From Candidatus Nanohaloarchaea archaeon (lineage in GTDB: Archaea > Nanohalarchaeota > Nanosalinia > Nanosalinales > Nanosalinaceae), in the NCBI GenBank assembly GCA_041640075.1, contig JBEQAY010000005.1, forward strand, positions 1-42,977: a DNA stretch of 42,977 nt, read 5' to 3'. A program made the position numbers and the translations under genes. Of the stretch, positions 17,982 to 28,226 are shown piece after piece. The stretch's first letter is position 1; each line of letters begins with the position of its first letter. The notes under the pieces were generated by a model. That model had not been told where the DNA came from, searched no databases, and saw only the letters and a program-made list of their open reading frames with translations.

Positions 17982-18842
17982 TCAGATGTCGATGATATCG
18001 TTTCTGGCAGCGTGGAAAAGATATTCCTGTGCGTAGCCAGCTTTTTCTCCAAAGTAATCTCTCATATTCCTGGAGGCTTCATCATAATCATCAGAGTGAA
18101 GTTCCGGATAATTTTTCTCCAGTGCTTTCTTCGCCCACGTATCAATAGGATACGCTTCATGATAACCCTGAGAGAAAAGCAGTACACAGTCAGCAACCTT
18201 ATCACCAACGCCGTAAAGATTCTTCATGTGCTCGCGAGCCTCCTCATAATCCAGTTCCTCAAATTTCTGTTCCTCAAACTCTTCCTGAAGTATCTTGATA
18301 GACTCAACGATGTACTTGGCGCGGTACCCCACACCCAGGTCTCTGAGCTCGTCCTCCGAAGCCTGTGAAAGCTCTTCAAGAGTAGGGAACCGTCTCATCT
18401 TGATACCGTCAACTTCTCTTACTTCTCCAAACTTTTCCGCCATGTCATTGTGCATCTGTTTGATACGGGGAATCCTCATCTGCGGAGAACAAAGATAGGA
18501 AATCAGGCACGGGAAGAACTCGTCCTGAATTATTCTCAAGCCCCAGAGCTCTTCACTGGCTTTCTCCAAGTTTTTGTCCTCGGGAAAAGTAGAGAAGATC
18601 CCTTCCAGATCATGGTGAAGCCCGAGAGCCCTTTCAACTTCTTTTCTTGGAAGCTCTGTCCTTGCAATAACTTCTTCATCTATCTGTTCCACGATCAATG
18701 GCTTACCGTCTCTGAAAGTGTAGAAATGTGGCTCACCTTCTTCGTAGAGCTCTCCGTTTATACGGTGCCAGCAGAAGGTCTGGCCACACGTCATCGTTAG
18801 TTCAAGGTCAAAATTCTCAGCTTCCAGAGAGTATTCTTTCAC
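17982..18842 (-). CDS. ogg: 8-oxoguanine DNA glycosylase, Ogg1 type (HhH-GPD)
   Basis: N-terminal CGQTF.W, FPT, GVGYRAKY, HhH GVGDKVADC with catalytic Lys, PIDTW and AGYAQEYLF. Confidence 0.9.
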   Translation of the reverse strand: MKEYSLEAENFDLELTMTCGQTFCWHRINGELYEEGEPHFYTFRDGKPLIVEQIDEEVIARTELPRKEVERALGLHHDLEGIFSTFPEDKNLEKASEELWGLRIIQDEFFPCLISYLCSPQMRIPRIKQMHNDMAEKFGEVREVDGIKMRRFPTLEELSQASEDELRDLGVGYRAKYIVESIKILQEEFEEQKFEELDYEEAREHMKNLYGVGDKVADCVLLFSQGYHEAYPIDTWAKKALEKNYPELHSDDYDEASRNMRDYFGEKAGYAQEYLFHAARNDIIDI

Positions 18843-18888
18843 GTTCAGAAAAGCTGATAGAAACTTTATCAGCCTGTCCTGTAAATTT

Positions 18889-19083
18889 CTATTCCTCGCT
18901 TTTAGACCCGTCTTTCCTGCTGTACTTCTTGAAACCGGATTCTACATCCTGTGGCGCTTTCCGGCTTGTCTTCTTGGCGTCTCTTTTCAGGTAACTGCGG
19001 CCGCATTTATGGCACTCCACCCGTTTCTCGGCCTTGCTTCTCTGCTGGTAACCACAGTCCGGACAGGTGAAGTATACAGCCAT
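18889..19083 (-). CDS. Small basic CPxCG-type zinc-finger protein
   Basis: CPDCG...CHKCG; ATG 19083 is the likely start. Confidence 0.7.
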   Translation of the reverse strand: MAVYFTCPDCGYQQRSKAEKRVECHKCGRSYLKRDAKKTSRKAPQDVESGFKKYSRKDGSKSEE

Positions 19084-19163
19084 ATACTGGGAAAGTTCTC
19101 TGATTGTCAAAAGCTTTGCGGATACCCGGAGAATTTTTCATTCATAAACCTCAAATCTAGTGT

Positions 19164-19445
19164 GTGGACCAGCGTTTGAAGTATGGTGCGGCACTTGGGA
19201 CAGTTTTTGCCGGTATAGCGTACCTTATAGCTGATTTCAGAGGTTTCAACAGCTCAAGTTTCCTGCCGATACTGTATCTTTACGTTGTGCTGGGAGTTGT
19301 CTCAAGGTTTAAACTGGAGGATGCAGCCGGGTACTGGGACCGTCTTGAGAAAATCATGATTGTCGCCAATGAGGAGGAAACAAAGCTGAAGAAAGTGGTC
19401 ACCGGCGAGGAATACGAGATAGATGGTACAGTAAAGAAAGTCTGA
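19164..19445 (+). CDS. Small membrane protein, hypothetical
   Basis: Two hydrophobic segments and a soluble tail; GTG start. Confidence 0.55.
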   Translation: MDQRLKYGAALGTVFAGIAYLIADFRGFNSSSFLPILYLYVVLGVVSRFKLEDAAGYWDRLEKIMIVANEEETKLKKVVTGEEYEIDGTVKKV

Positions 19446-19454
19446 AAGCGAAAT

Positions 19455-20237
19455 CTAGTAGGAGTCCTGGTCTACTTCCTCCCCCTGCAGGTTGAAGAGT
19501 GTGGCTGTATCCGAGTTGTAGTCCCAGTCCGTGCCGGTTCCGTAGACGTAGATATTTTCTTCGGACTCGCTTACGTTCAGTTCGTCCTCAGACGCAGTGT
19601 AAACCTCCATCGTAGCCCTAGCCGGTATCTCGATGTCTTCAAAGGTGTATGTGTCGCCGTCCGAGTTCAGTATCTGCCAGCCTGATAGCTCAACTGATCG
19701 GGTATCGTCATTGTCTATTACAAGTCTTTCATCTTCGTCGTTTGCCTTGCTTTTTGTTATACGTATCTCTATATCCGGCAGCATCTTGTCCCGTGCCATT
19801 TGCCTGTAGTTACTGGCTTCAGACTTCATCTCGTTCATGATGGCCAATAATTTAGATCTGTTAGCGCCTTCAAATTTTGAGTATGTTTTACCGTTCCTAA
19901 TACCTTTCTTCAGTGTACCGTATGGAGATTTAATAACTGAAATCCTAGTATTGTTTGTCCTCTTGATCTTCAGCTCTGCTTCCGGCGTTTCTATCTTTTC
20001 CAGTCTTCTCTGTGGTGTTTCCTCAACACTGTAAAGCGTATCATGCCTTTCAACTGTTACTGTTGACGGATCTTCGTGATCGATATCAACTTCTACATCT
20101 GTGATTGTTTCCGTTGAAATTACAGGTGAAGAAGTATCTGTTGTATCACCGTAGTTTATATCCTGAGAAGCTGTAGGGAAGATCAGGAGTACTGTCAGCA
20201 CTGCTGCCGTGAGTAAGGCATCCCTGTTAGAAGCCAT
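19455..20237 (-). CDS. Secreted protein with C-terminal lamin-tail domain
   Basis: N-terminal signal peptide; E.L.I.N....V.LSGW.I.NSDG.TYTF...W...SDTATL.N..GEEVD matches the lamin-tail domain. Confidence 0.75.
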   Translation of the reverse strand: MASNRDALLTAAVLTVLLIFPTASQDINYGDTTDTSSPVISTETITDVEVDIDHEDPSTVTVERHDTLYSVEETPQRRLEKIETPEAELKIKRTNNTRISVIKSPYGTLKKGIRNGKTYSKFEGANRSKLLAIMNEMKSEASNYRQMARDKMLPDIEIRITKSKANDEDERLVIDNDDTRSVELSGWQILNSDGDTYTFEDIEIPARATMEVYTASEDELNVSESEENIYVYGTGTDWDYNSDTATLFNLQGEEVDQDSY

Positions 20238-20290
20238 TACTATTCAGTAACTAGTTCCGGCAGGGTTTAAATCTTATCTTATTTTGAGCT

Positions 20291-21292
20291 TTACAGTTCC
20301 TCGTAGTGCTCTATGAATACTGTGAGGACTGATTTTAGTGCTCCGAACGATATCGGACCTATGAAAAGTCCTGGAGCGCCGAAAACCGTTACACCACCAA
20401 GAACACCGATTATTATGACGGCGGGATGTAGATCGGCTTCATCGTCCACAACCAGAGGTCTGAGGAAGTTGTCAGTCATACCGACTATAACAAATCCGTA
20501 GATCAGCAATCCTACAGCAGCCCCGACACTTCCTGAGAGGAACAGGTAAACTGCAGCAGGCAGCCAGACCAGCATGCTTCCAACAATCGGAATCACTCCT
20601 AACAAGACCATGATGAACGTCCAGAACAGGAAATTTGGAACACCGAAAACTCCCAGCCCTATACCTGCTATCACTCCCTGAGCCAGTGCGACCAGTAGAT
20701 GGCCTTTAAGCACTGCTGAAGTTGTAAAGGAAAGTTCTTCGATTAGTTTATCCTCCATATTTTCTGGCAGGGTTGAAACATCCTTTGTCCATTTTACAAG
20801 ACCTGTACCGTCCTTGATCAGGTAGTACGTGAGGAAAAGTGTCAGTGAAAGACCTAGTGTAACACCTACTGCAAGGTTTATCGCCTTTGAAAAGCCTCCG
20901 AAGGCTCCTGAAGTGAACTTTGATATAGCAGAGGTTGCTCTTGCCTGTATATCCACTTCTACTCCTGTAAGTTCCTCTAACTCCATCTCAATGGATTCAA
21001 AGTCTATGACGTCTGTAGTATTTATTCCTTGTACAACTCCTCGGGCATCGTCCGCTACTGCTGCACCCACAATGATCAACGGGACTACAGCAAGAAGTAT
21101 AGTTGAAAGCGTGAGGAAGAATGCCGAGAATCTTTCTCCAGTGTATTTTTCCAGGTATTTATGCGGTTTGTGGAGTATGAACGCGAGTATCGCTGCCCCG
21201 AGCAGGTAAGCTGTGAACGGTCTAAGCATCATAAAGGCTGCGAGGCCGAAAACCAGTATAAGAGCCAGCAGAAATCCTTTTCTATCGTTCAC
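20291..21292 (-). CDS. AI-2E (PerM/UPF0118) family transporter
   Basis: YYLIKDG, IPIVGSMLVWLP, DNFLRP, LHP...GVLGG...FG..GLFIGP. Confidence 0.92.
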   Translation of the reverse strand: MNDRKGFLLALILVFGLAAFMMLRPFTAYLLGAAILAFILHKPHKYLEKYTGERFSAFFLTLSTILLAVVPLIIVGAAVADDARGVVQGINTTDVIDFESIEMELEELTGVEVDIQARATSAISKFTSGAFGGFSKAINLAVGVTLGLSLTLFLTYYLIKDGTGLVKWTKDVSTLPENMEDKLIEELSFTTSAVLKGHLLVALAQGVIAGIGLGVFGVPNFLFWTFIMVLLGVIPIVGSMLVWLPAAVYLFLSGSVGAAVGLLIYGFVIVGMTDNFLRPLVVDDEADLHPAVIIIGVLGGVTVFGAPGLFIGPISFGALKSVLTVFIEHYEEL

Positions 21293-21314
21293 ATTTACCT
21301 TATCCGGGATCTAT

Positions 21315-22508
21315 TTACATAAATATGCCGATTCCTGCGAATGAAAGAATCGAGGGCACGATAAGCACGACCATACAGGCTTTTCTTTCATCGAAGCGCA
21401 TCGCCGTCATCCCGATAAACGAGGAAACTACAAACAACAGCAAACCCATCACACCAGTCAAGGCCACAGTAGTCAGCAAAACCGATACAAGAACAATATA
21501 GAGAATAAACTGCATCTCAAACCTCTGAAGCAATTCCTGATATCTCCTGGAAACTTTCAGAGCGACCGGTATGGAAACGATGACTGATAGAACTGCTAGC
21601 AACATGAAAAAGAGAATCTGAGAGCCATATGGACGGCTTATAGCCTTTAAAGCTACTGAAACACCCGATCTTGCTCTTCCTATCAGTGCAAGAGAAATCA
21701 GAGAGAATATTATATCCGAAGTATTGACGGCACCCATAGCTTCCAGAAAACTTTTCTTGGATCTGTCCATGAGCGGTGTCATGAATGAAGTCGATACAGC
21801 TGCACCTATACCAGGTATAGTCCCTGCAAGAAGCCCTGCCAGTGTTCCAGCTATGCCAGAACTTGAAAAATCAAGAATAGATTCCTCTGGAACTTCCTGT
21901 TCAGGTATCTGGAAGTTTTCACCCATCATGGAGACTATACCAGGTACTGCAAAAAGTCCTGAGAATATAGGTACGAGTACGAACTGTTGATTTATGTTGG
22001 ACTGGAAGGCTATGATGCCCAGAGCACCGGAAAATATCGAGACCAGGATAGATTCTTTAACAGAGTCTGAATGGAACACTATGTAGAAAAGAAAGAAAAC
22101 CAGGATATACTCCATGAAACCTGAGATAAAACTGTAGGCATCCTGCATCAAAAAGTAAAGCGGGAAAGCCAGCAAAGTTATCGATATTACAGAGCTCAGG
22201 CCTCCTTTTACCGTATAGATGAATGCCTCAAGCCCTTTTCCTTTTTCAACCATCTCAGGCGCAGCTACCACAGAGAGGGCGGCTTCAGCGTCCGGTGTTG
22301 ACAGAAAGATCGCTGGAAGAAAGTCGTGGAAAGTATGGGATACTGAAAGCCCGGTGACATATGAGATGTACAGTCCCTGAGTTACCGATGTGGAGAGGTA
22401 AAGCGGTAGAGACGTGAATATCACTGTGTTCGGGTGTATGCCAGGTATGAGCCCTGTGATTACTCCTGAGACTACTCCAAGTATACAGGCTGTGATGTAT
22501 ATAAGCAT
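21315..22508 (-). CDS. TctA-family (DUF112) membrane protein
   Basis: GLIPGIHPN, HTFHDFLPAIFL, second repeat GTIPGIG, and RSG. Confidence 0.85.
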   Translation of the reverse strand: MLIYITACILGVVSGVITGLIPGIHPNTVIFTSLPLYLSTSVTQGLYISYVTGLSVSHTFHDFLPAIFLSTPDAEAALSVVAAPEMVEKGKGLEAFIYTVKGGLSSVISITLLAFPLYFLMQDAYSFISGFMEYILVFFLFYIVFHSDSVKESILVSIFSGALGIIAFQSNINQQFVLVPIFSGLFAVPGIVSMMGENFQIPEQEVPEESILDFSSSGIAGTLAGLLAGTIPGIGAAVSTSFMTPLMDRSKKSFLEAMGAVNTSDIIFSLISLALIGRARSGVSVALKAISRPYGSQILFFMLLAVLSVIVSIPVALKVSRRYQELLQRFEMQFILYIVLVSVLLTTVALTGVMGLLLFVVSSFIGMTAMRFDERKACMVVLIVPSILSFAGIGIFM

Positions 22509-22571
22509 ATTTCCCTGTGGTTAGGTAGCCTGGTGGCGATTTAAAAAGAATGGCAGTGAATAAGAGTAGTT

Positions 22572-22895
22572 ATGTTCGGCGGAAAGGATATGGCACAGAT
22601 GATGAAGCAGATGGGCGTAGACATGGATGAAATCGATGCTGACAAGGTGGAGGTACACATCGGGGACCAGAAACTTGTCTTCAGCAATCCTTCACTTTCA
22701 AAGATCGATGCCCAAGGCAACGAAATCTTCCAGCTACAGGGAAACTACAGCAAAGAAGAGAAAAGCGGAGAAGAGGAAGTAGCAGAGGAAGACATCGACC
22801 TGGTTGTTGAAAAGACAGGTGCTGACAGAGATGAAGCAGAAGAAGCTCTGAAAGACAGTGATGAAGTCGCAGACGCCATCATGCAGCTTCAATAA
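22572..22895 (+). CDS. nac: Nascent polypeptide-associated complex protein
   Basis: MMKQMG, NAC barrel, and UBA-like C-terminus EEDIDLV.EKTG...A.EAL.....ADAIM.L. Confidence 0.93.
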   Translation: MFGGKDMAQMMKQMGVDMDEIDADKVEVHIGDQKLVFSNPSLSKIDAQGNEIFQLQGNYSKEEKSGEEEVAEEDIDLVVEKTGADRDEAEEALKDSDEVADAIMQLQ

Positions 22896-22923
22896 CTTTT
22901 TTCTTAATTAATTATTGACCCAT

Positions 22924-24549
22924 TTATTTTTCCATACTTTCCAGGATCTTTGCGAAGGCAGGTCTTGTGATAGCGATTCCTACCATAATTCCAACTATCG
23001 TAGTTGTCGCGAACTCCTGGATTTGCTGTAATGGAGTCAGTGGGAACTGGTAGGCTACTGCTGCAACCATCATGGCAATAATACCTACTGCTATGTAGTG
23101 GTTGTTCGCCTTTGAACTGTAACGCGAGTAACCAAGCAGCCCAAGCCCTGCAGCTCCAACCATAAGCGTGGAGAACTGGGGTGAAAGGATTGGTGTCATC
23201 GCTCCGATCGTGGAGGCTGCAGATGTAAAGATAACGAAGAATGCCGTCTTCATACGTGCAGCCCAGTCCTTTATGGACTCTGTCTCGGACTCATCCGTGA
23301 TGATTATCTGGTCGTCGACTCCTGTACCTACTGCTGCAATTATACCTGCAATAGCTGAAAGGTTTAAAGTGGCAAAGTTCGTGAACCAGGCGCCGAGAAG
23401 TATGAATACCTCTGAAGCACCTGTGAAAACAATAGGTAAGACTAGTTTAGGATTTCTGTACCTTAGGAAGATTATGATTCCGACTGCGATAAGTGAGCCG
23501 ATGATTGATATGACTGAAGCTGTCATGAACTGTGATCCGATCGTGCTGGAGATTCTCTCCGAGCTGACTACTGTTACAGGTTCAGGTAGCCTACCTGACT
23601 GGAGCAATCCTTCAACCCTGTTCATCCTCTGTCTGAGATCTCCTTCATCTGTACCATCAAGGTTGATGGTTGGCTGAGAGACCGTTCCCTGCTGGAAACT
23701 TTCGTCTACTGTAAACTCCCTAATTTTCTCATCATCTATGTAGATAGTTAGATTAGTAGTTTGGCTGTTTTCCATTACCAGAGCACCTGCTGACACCTGG
23801 AAGTTGTTAGCCACCTGTTGCATCCTGTCCTTAGATTCCTGCGACACGATGAGAGGTATAACTGCCTGATAACTGTTAGTTCCCTGTCGTCTTACCGCAG
23901 AGTTAGATGTATCCACTGAGTCAATGTCCTGGTTGTCGTAGACAACAATCTCCATCATGGAGTAGCCCTGGTAAGGGCCCGAGTATCTTATGGTTGTGCC
24001 TCCTGCCTCTAGAGAACTGCTCTCGTTCAGATTTCCAAGATCTGTGAGTTCTCCACCTTCGCCGTATCTGCTTACCTTTACAGCATCATTTACTCTCTCA
24101 AACCTGTATGTGTCATCCAGCGAGAAGTTCGCCGAGTCCTGGAAAATGAAAGGCATCGTGGCCTCGAAAGCTCCTTCCTGTGCGATAAGACGCTCTACAC
24201 GTGACTGATTCGTTTCTGGAGTCGTAACACCTATCCTCCATTCCCCTCCGATGTTTCTGACAGCAAGGTCAGTTCCACTGAGGCCTAGATTGTTTACACG
24301 GGATTGAAGTGTTGTAACAACTCTTTGAGTCATTGCCCGGGAATCATTGTTTTCTACACGAAGTGTAAGCTGTGATCCCCCTGTAAAGTCTATTCCAAGG
24401 CTTCCATTCAGGCCATTAAGAGTGTAGGTATCCCAGGTCCCGTCATTATCAGAGTCCAGAGGTTGTGGCGCTAGCATCACAAATGAAACTACGAGTGTTA
24501 TAGCCAGAACCCAGATTCTCCATTCCTTGGCCAGCGACTTTACTTCCAT
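22924..24549 (-). CDS. secD: Protein translocase subunit SecD
   Basis: GIDFTGGS, LQSGRLP, AGIIAAVGTGVDDQIIITDE and ITRPAF. Confidence 0.92.
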   Translation of the reverse strand: MEVKSLAKEWRIWVLAITLVVSFVMLAPQPLDSDNDGTWDTYTLNGLNGSLGIDFTGGSQLTLRVENNDSRAMTQRVVTTLQSRVNNLGLSGTDLAVRNIGGEWRIGVTTPETNQSRVERLIAQEGAFEATMPFIFQDSANFSLDDTYRFERVNDAVKVSRYGEGGELTDLGNLNESSSLEAGGTTIRYSGPYQGYSMMEIVVYDNQDIDSVDTSNSAVRRQGTNSYQAVIPLIVSQESKDRMQQVANNFQVSAGALVMENSQTTNLTIYIDDEKIREFTVDESFQQGTVSQPTINLDGTDEGDLRQRMNRVEGLLQSGRLPEPVTVVSSERISSTIGSQFMTASVISIIGSLIAVGIIIFLRYRNPKLVLPIVFTGASEVFILLGAWFTNFATLNLSAIAGIIAAVGTGVDDQIIITDESETESIKDWAARMKTAFFVIFTSAASTIGAMTPILSPQFSTLMVGAAGLGLLGYSRYSSKANNHYIAVGIIAMMVAAVAYQFPLTPLQQIQEFATTTIVGIMVGIAITRPAFAKILESMEK

Positions 24550-25478
24550 ACAATCACCTTTTCCAAGCCTTTGTCTACTCTTATATCTCCTTCAACATAC
24601 TTTTTGAGGATTATTGCGTTTCCGAACCACGTGAACGGCATGTCGGCAAGTAGTCCGATAACCATCACAGATGCAAGCTGTGAAAGAGTTGAAGGACCTA
24701 CTATCATCATTGAAACCGTGTAGAGGATAGCAAAACCTGCAATTCCTCCTGCACTCATAGTCACACCTGTTTTGGTGGAGCTCCAGATCCTGTCCTTTAT
24801 ACTTCCTTTCTTCTGTTTCAGGACACGTGAAGACAGTACGATATCTGTGTCAACCGAGTATCCTATCAACATCAGTAGTGCAGAGAGAGATCCTGGTGTT
24901 AAAGGTATGTTAAGGAACGACATCGCAGCTACTGCGAAAAGTATGTCCGCTGATGCCGCGAAGATAACTGCTAGCGAAGGTATTAGATCCCTGAATGATA
25001 TGAAAATTACCAGGCTCATGATTGAGAATGCCAGGATGAAGGTCCATGTGGCCAGCATGAGCAGTCTTTCCCCTAGCTGTCTTTGGGAGAAGTTTCTGCT
25101 CAGTATATCGTTTTCCGTTATATCAAAGCTCTGTATAGAGTTGTTCGAGAGAATACTTACCGCTTCAGCTCTGCTTATCTCTGGAGGTGGTGCTGTTACC
25201 TGAAGCATGCTCTGGTTCTCTCCCACAGTTACTGCACTGGAACCTGGATAACCTGCCTGTGCGAATATCTGGTTTATAGTATTCGTATCGTATTCCTGAT
25301 CTACCTGGTATGTTATGGTGGTTCCTCCCGTGAAGTCCTGTCCAAGGTCAAGTGCTGAACCTGGTGTGAGGTATCCGAAAGCCAGAACTCCTATTGACAG
25401 GATTATAAGCGCAACCGGGATATAGAGGTACTTGTCGTAGTCCTCATATATATCATTGAAGAGGTCTTTCGGGTTCAC
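24540..25478 (-). CDS. secF: Protein translocase subunit SecF
   Basis: GQDFTGGT, LMLIGYSVDTDIVL and GLLAD...TWFGN; overlaps the secD start. Confidence 0.92.
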   Translation of the reverse strand: MNPKDLFNDIYEDYDKYLYIPVALIILSIGVLAFGYLTPGSALDLGQDFTGGTTITYQVDQEYDTNTINQIFAQAGYPGSSAVTVGENQSMLQVTAPPPEISRAEAVSILSNNSIQSFDITENDILSRNFSQRQLGERLLMLATWTFILAFSIMSLVIFISFRDLIPSLAVIFAASADILFAVAAMSFLNIPLTPGSLSALLMLIGYSVDTDIVLSSRVLKQKKGSIKDRIWSSTKTGVTMSAGGIAGFAILYTVSMMIVGPSTLSQLASVMVIGLLADMPFTWFGNAIILKKYVEGDIRVDKGLEKVIVWK

Positions 25479-25571
25479 TGTTTCCAGTTTATCCGGTGAA
25501 CCATTTTAAACACTCCGGAGTCTTCCACCAGTGAAATAAAAAAGATGAATACCGAGTAACGTGTTATAGTT

Positions 25572-28226
25572 ATGAATTTAGAAAACTATGTAGAGCGCGT
25601 TAACGATTTTTTCACTGTTGAGGGATTGAAAAACAACTGGGCGGTTCTCACCGTTGTATCAATTTTTGGGTTAGCACTCTGGCTCCGATACCTTCCGGAG
25701 CAGGGTATGCAGCATCTTCAGGCACTTGACCCTTACTATATATTTAGGGTGTCACAGCACCTTGCCTACGAGGGCAGTATACCACAGACTGACTTCCTGA
25801 TGTACTTCCCGTATAACGCACCTTTCTACCTCCACAACCTTGGAGAAATCGTTATCCCTGCCATCGGCTACTGGTTCGGAGGATCATTCCTTTTCTCAAA
25901 CTATCTTGAATGGGCTCAGTTCTATCCAGCACTGATGGGAGCGCTCTCCACAGTTGCAATGTACTTCTTCGGTAAAGAAGTCTACGATAGGAGAACAGCT
26001 TTTTTCGCAGCTTTCTTCCTTGCAGTAATTCCTGGAGTTATGAGGCGTTCCTCAGCAGGCTTCTTCGAGAAGGAGCCGACCGGAACGTTCTTCATGATGC
26101 TGACACTCTACTTCTTCACCCGTAGCTGGAAGAGAAAAGACAGGATGGCCGGTATCCTTTCAGGTCTTTCACTTGCAATGTTCACAATCTCCTGGGGAGG
26201 ATCAAAGATGCTCTGGCTTCTACTGCCGATGGTTGTCGGCTCTGTAATGTTCATCGACGAAGATATCAAGAGCCTATTGATAGCATATACTCCTACTGTT
26301 TTGATCGGTGGAGGAGTTGCATCGACATTGAATCCGAACAAGTTCTGGTTCACAGGCACGTTCTTGGTGGTGAACCTAGGCCTTCTAGGTCTTCTCTGGG
26401 CTCGCTATGGAGTCGAAGAGTTCGAAGTTGTAGATTCCTCTAACCTGAAGTACTTCGTCCCAGGAGCATCACTACTTGGAGGACTTGCACTACTACTTTC
26501 ACCACTTTACTCAGAGTTCCTGACCTCTAAACTGCAGAGCCTTATGAGCGCAGCAACACAGTCTTCCACAGGTGGAGTCATTGGAGGAACAGTTGCAGAG
26601 AACACAGCTCCAGGTCTTGGAACGATTATCAGCAGCCTGGGTGCCAATTACGCTGGAAGTCTGCATCCTTCTCTGACTGTTGTTGCAAATATACTCGGCA
26701 GCTGGCCGATGATGATGATAGGAATAGGTTTCATGCTGGCCACAGTAGGATTCATGCTGATGCAAAAGTATGGTTTAACTGAAAAAGAAATCTCCGACTA
26801 CATATTTATCGGGGGATTTGAGGCAACTTTCGTGGCGTGGTCTCTGATTCTGATAGGTTTCTTCCAGCAGAGCTTCGTCTTTGGAATGGTTGGAGGTGCA
26901 GCGGTACTGGCGGTATTCCTTGCATTCGTCATATACTTGGACAACGAATCAGTTTTCAAGCTCACCAGTATGATTCTGGGATCGGTTATGATTCTGGAAC
27001 TCCTTCTGTTCTTCGGAGGTTCACAGATAGCTTACGCCTTGCTTCCTGCATCAGTCATGATACTTGCAGGGGCAAGCTACATGCATCTGAATGAACTCTA
27101 CTCCTCCAGAACCATCGATTTGAACTGGTACACGATTATTCCTGTACTCTGGGTCGCCACAAATCTGCTTGGAGCAGTAGCAAAGAGCAGACTTGTATTC
27201 CTGTCAACTTTCTCGGTAGCTTTTGCAGCAGGATACGGTTTCTCCAGAATATATGGAGGTATAGAAAGTCTAGACTTTGAGAAGGTCTTCGAAACCGAAC
27301 AGGATCTTACAGACCTGAAGAGAGGTATCCTGGTATTTATTACAGTCCTGATGGTAGGAGTCAACCTTGGCGCAGGATACGTCGCAATACAGGGTATCGG
27401 TGGATCTCCTAACCAGGCCTGGGATCAGAGCCTGAACTACATGGACGAAGAGACTCCTGAAGGCTCCGCTACAATGTCCTGGTGGGACTACGGATACCAC
27501 TTCGAATCCATAGGAAGACGACCTTCCACAGCCAACGGATGGAACGCAGGATACTACACTCAAGGTGTCGAGAGAGCTGTTAACATGCCACTGGCCGACT
27601 TCCTGACCTCAGACAATCCTTTCAACAGGACAGGATTGACCAACTTCCTCGAGAAACACTCTGTGGACTACATAGTACTTGACAACACCATGATAGGAAA
27701 GTACAGCGCAGTCAGCACGATCTCAAACGGCGCCACAAACCTCCCTAACGAGACGGAGGGAGAGCCCACATCCATGATCACGCTCTCCAGCTCGCAGGAT
27801 ATCAGGAACTCACTGAGCCAGAGTGGAAACTTTACAACTCTGCAGATGAGTGACTCCAGAACAGGTCTAAGCGTCTACGCACCTGTAGAAATCAGCAACA
27901 CATCTGTAAGTTATTCAGGTGCTCCTTCAGTCCAGACACAGGGTCAGAGAATACAACTTGACTGTCTGATAACTGAAGATGGTACGCAGACCTTTGACGT
28001 GGACTCACAGATGGATTACTGCCTTGCAGAGGATCCCTACTACAGTCTTGACAGAGGATTCAGTTCGAACCAGATTCAGACAAGAGGAGTACTGGTTCCA
28101 AAATCCATCATGAACTCACAGCTCGTTGAACTTTACCTTGCAGATGGAGTAGATTTGAACTACGTTGAGAAAGTTGAGGAAGCATCCAACGACTACGTGA
28201 AGATGTGGAAGGTTACCGAGAGATGA
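25572..28226 (+). CDS. aglB: Oligosaccharyltransferase AglB (STT3 family)
   Basis: DPYY, GFFEKE, TVAE, SWWDYG and DxxMxxK (DNTMIGK) motifs; many TM segments. Confidence 0.95.
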   Translation: MNLENYVERVNDFFTVEGLKNNWAVLTVVSIFGLALWLRYLPEQGMQHLQALDPYYIFRVSQHLAYEGSIPQTDFLMYFPYNAPFYLHNLGEIVIPAIGYWFGGSFLFSNYLEWAQFYPALMGALSTVAMYFFGKEVYDRRTAFFAAFFLAVIPGVMRRSSAGFFEKEPTGTFFMMLTLYFFTRSWKRKDRMAGILSGLSLAMFTISWGGSKMLWLLLPMVVGSVMFIDEDIKSLLIAYTPTVLIGGGVASTLNPNKFWFTGTFLVVNLGLLGLLWARYGVEEFEVVDSSNLKYFVPGASLLGGLALLLSPLYSEFLTSKLQSLMSAATQSSTGGVIGGTVAENTAPGLGTIISSLGANYAGSLHPSLTVVANILGSWPMMMIGIGFMLATVGFMLMQKYGLTEKEISDYIFIGGFEATFVAWSLILIGFFQQSFVFGMVGGAAVLAVFLAFVIYLDNESVFKLTSMILGSVMILELLLFFGGSQIAYALLPASVMILAGASYMHLNELYSSRTIDLNWYTIIPVLWVATNLLGAVAKSRLVFLSTFSVAFAAGYGFSRIYGGIESLDFEKVFETEQDLTDLKRGILVFITVLMVGVNLGAGYVAIQGIGGSPNQAWDQSLNYMDEETPEGSATMSWWDYGYHFESIGRRPSTANGWNAGYYTQGVERAVNMPLADFLTSDNPFNRTGLTNFLEKHSVDYIVLDNTMIGKYSAVSTISNGATNLPNETEGEPTSMITLSSSQDIRNSLSQSGNFTTLQMSDSRTGLSVYAPVEISNTSVSYSGAPSVQTQGQRIQLDCLITEDGTQTFDVDSQMDYCLAEDPYYSLDRGFSSNQIQTRGVLVPKSIMNSQLVELYLADGVDLNYVEKVEEASNDYVKMWKVTER

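Noticed and set aside
23168..25358. Several plus-strand ORFs of 72-169 aa opposite secD/secF
   Set aside because: Antisense to conserved genes, with no independent coding signal.
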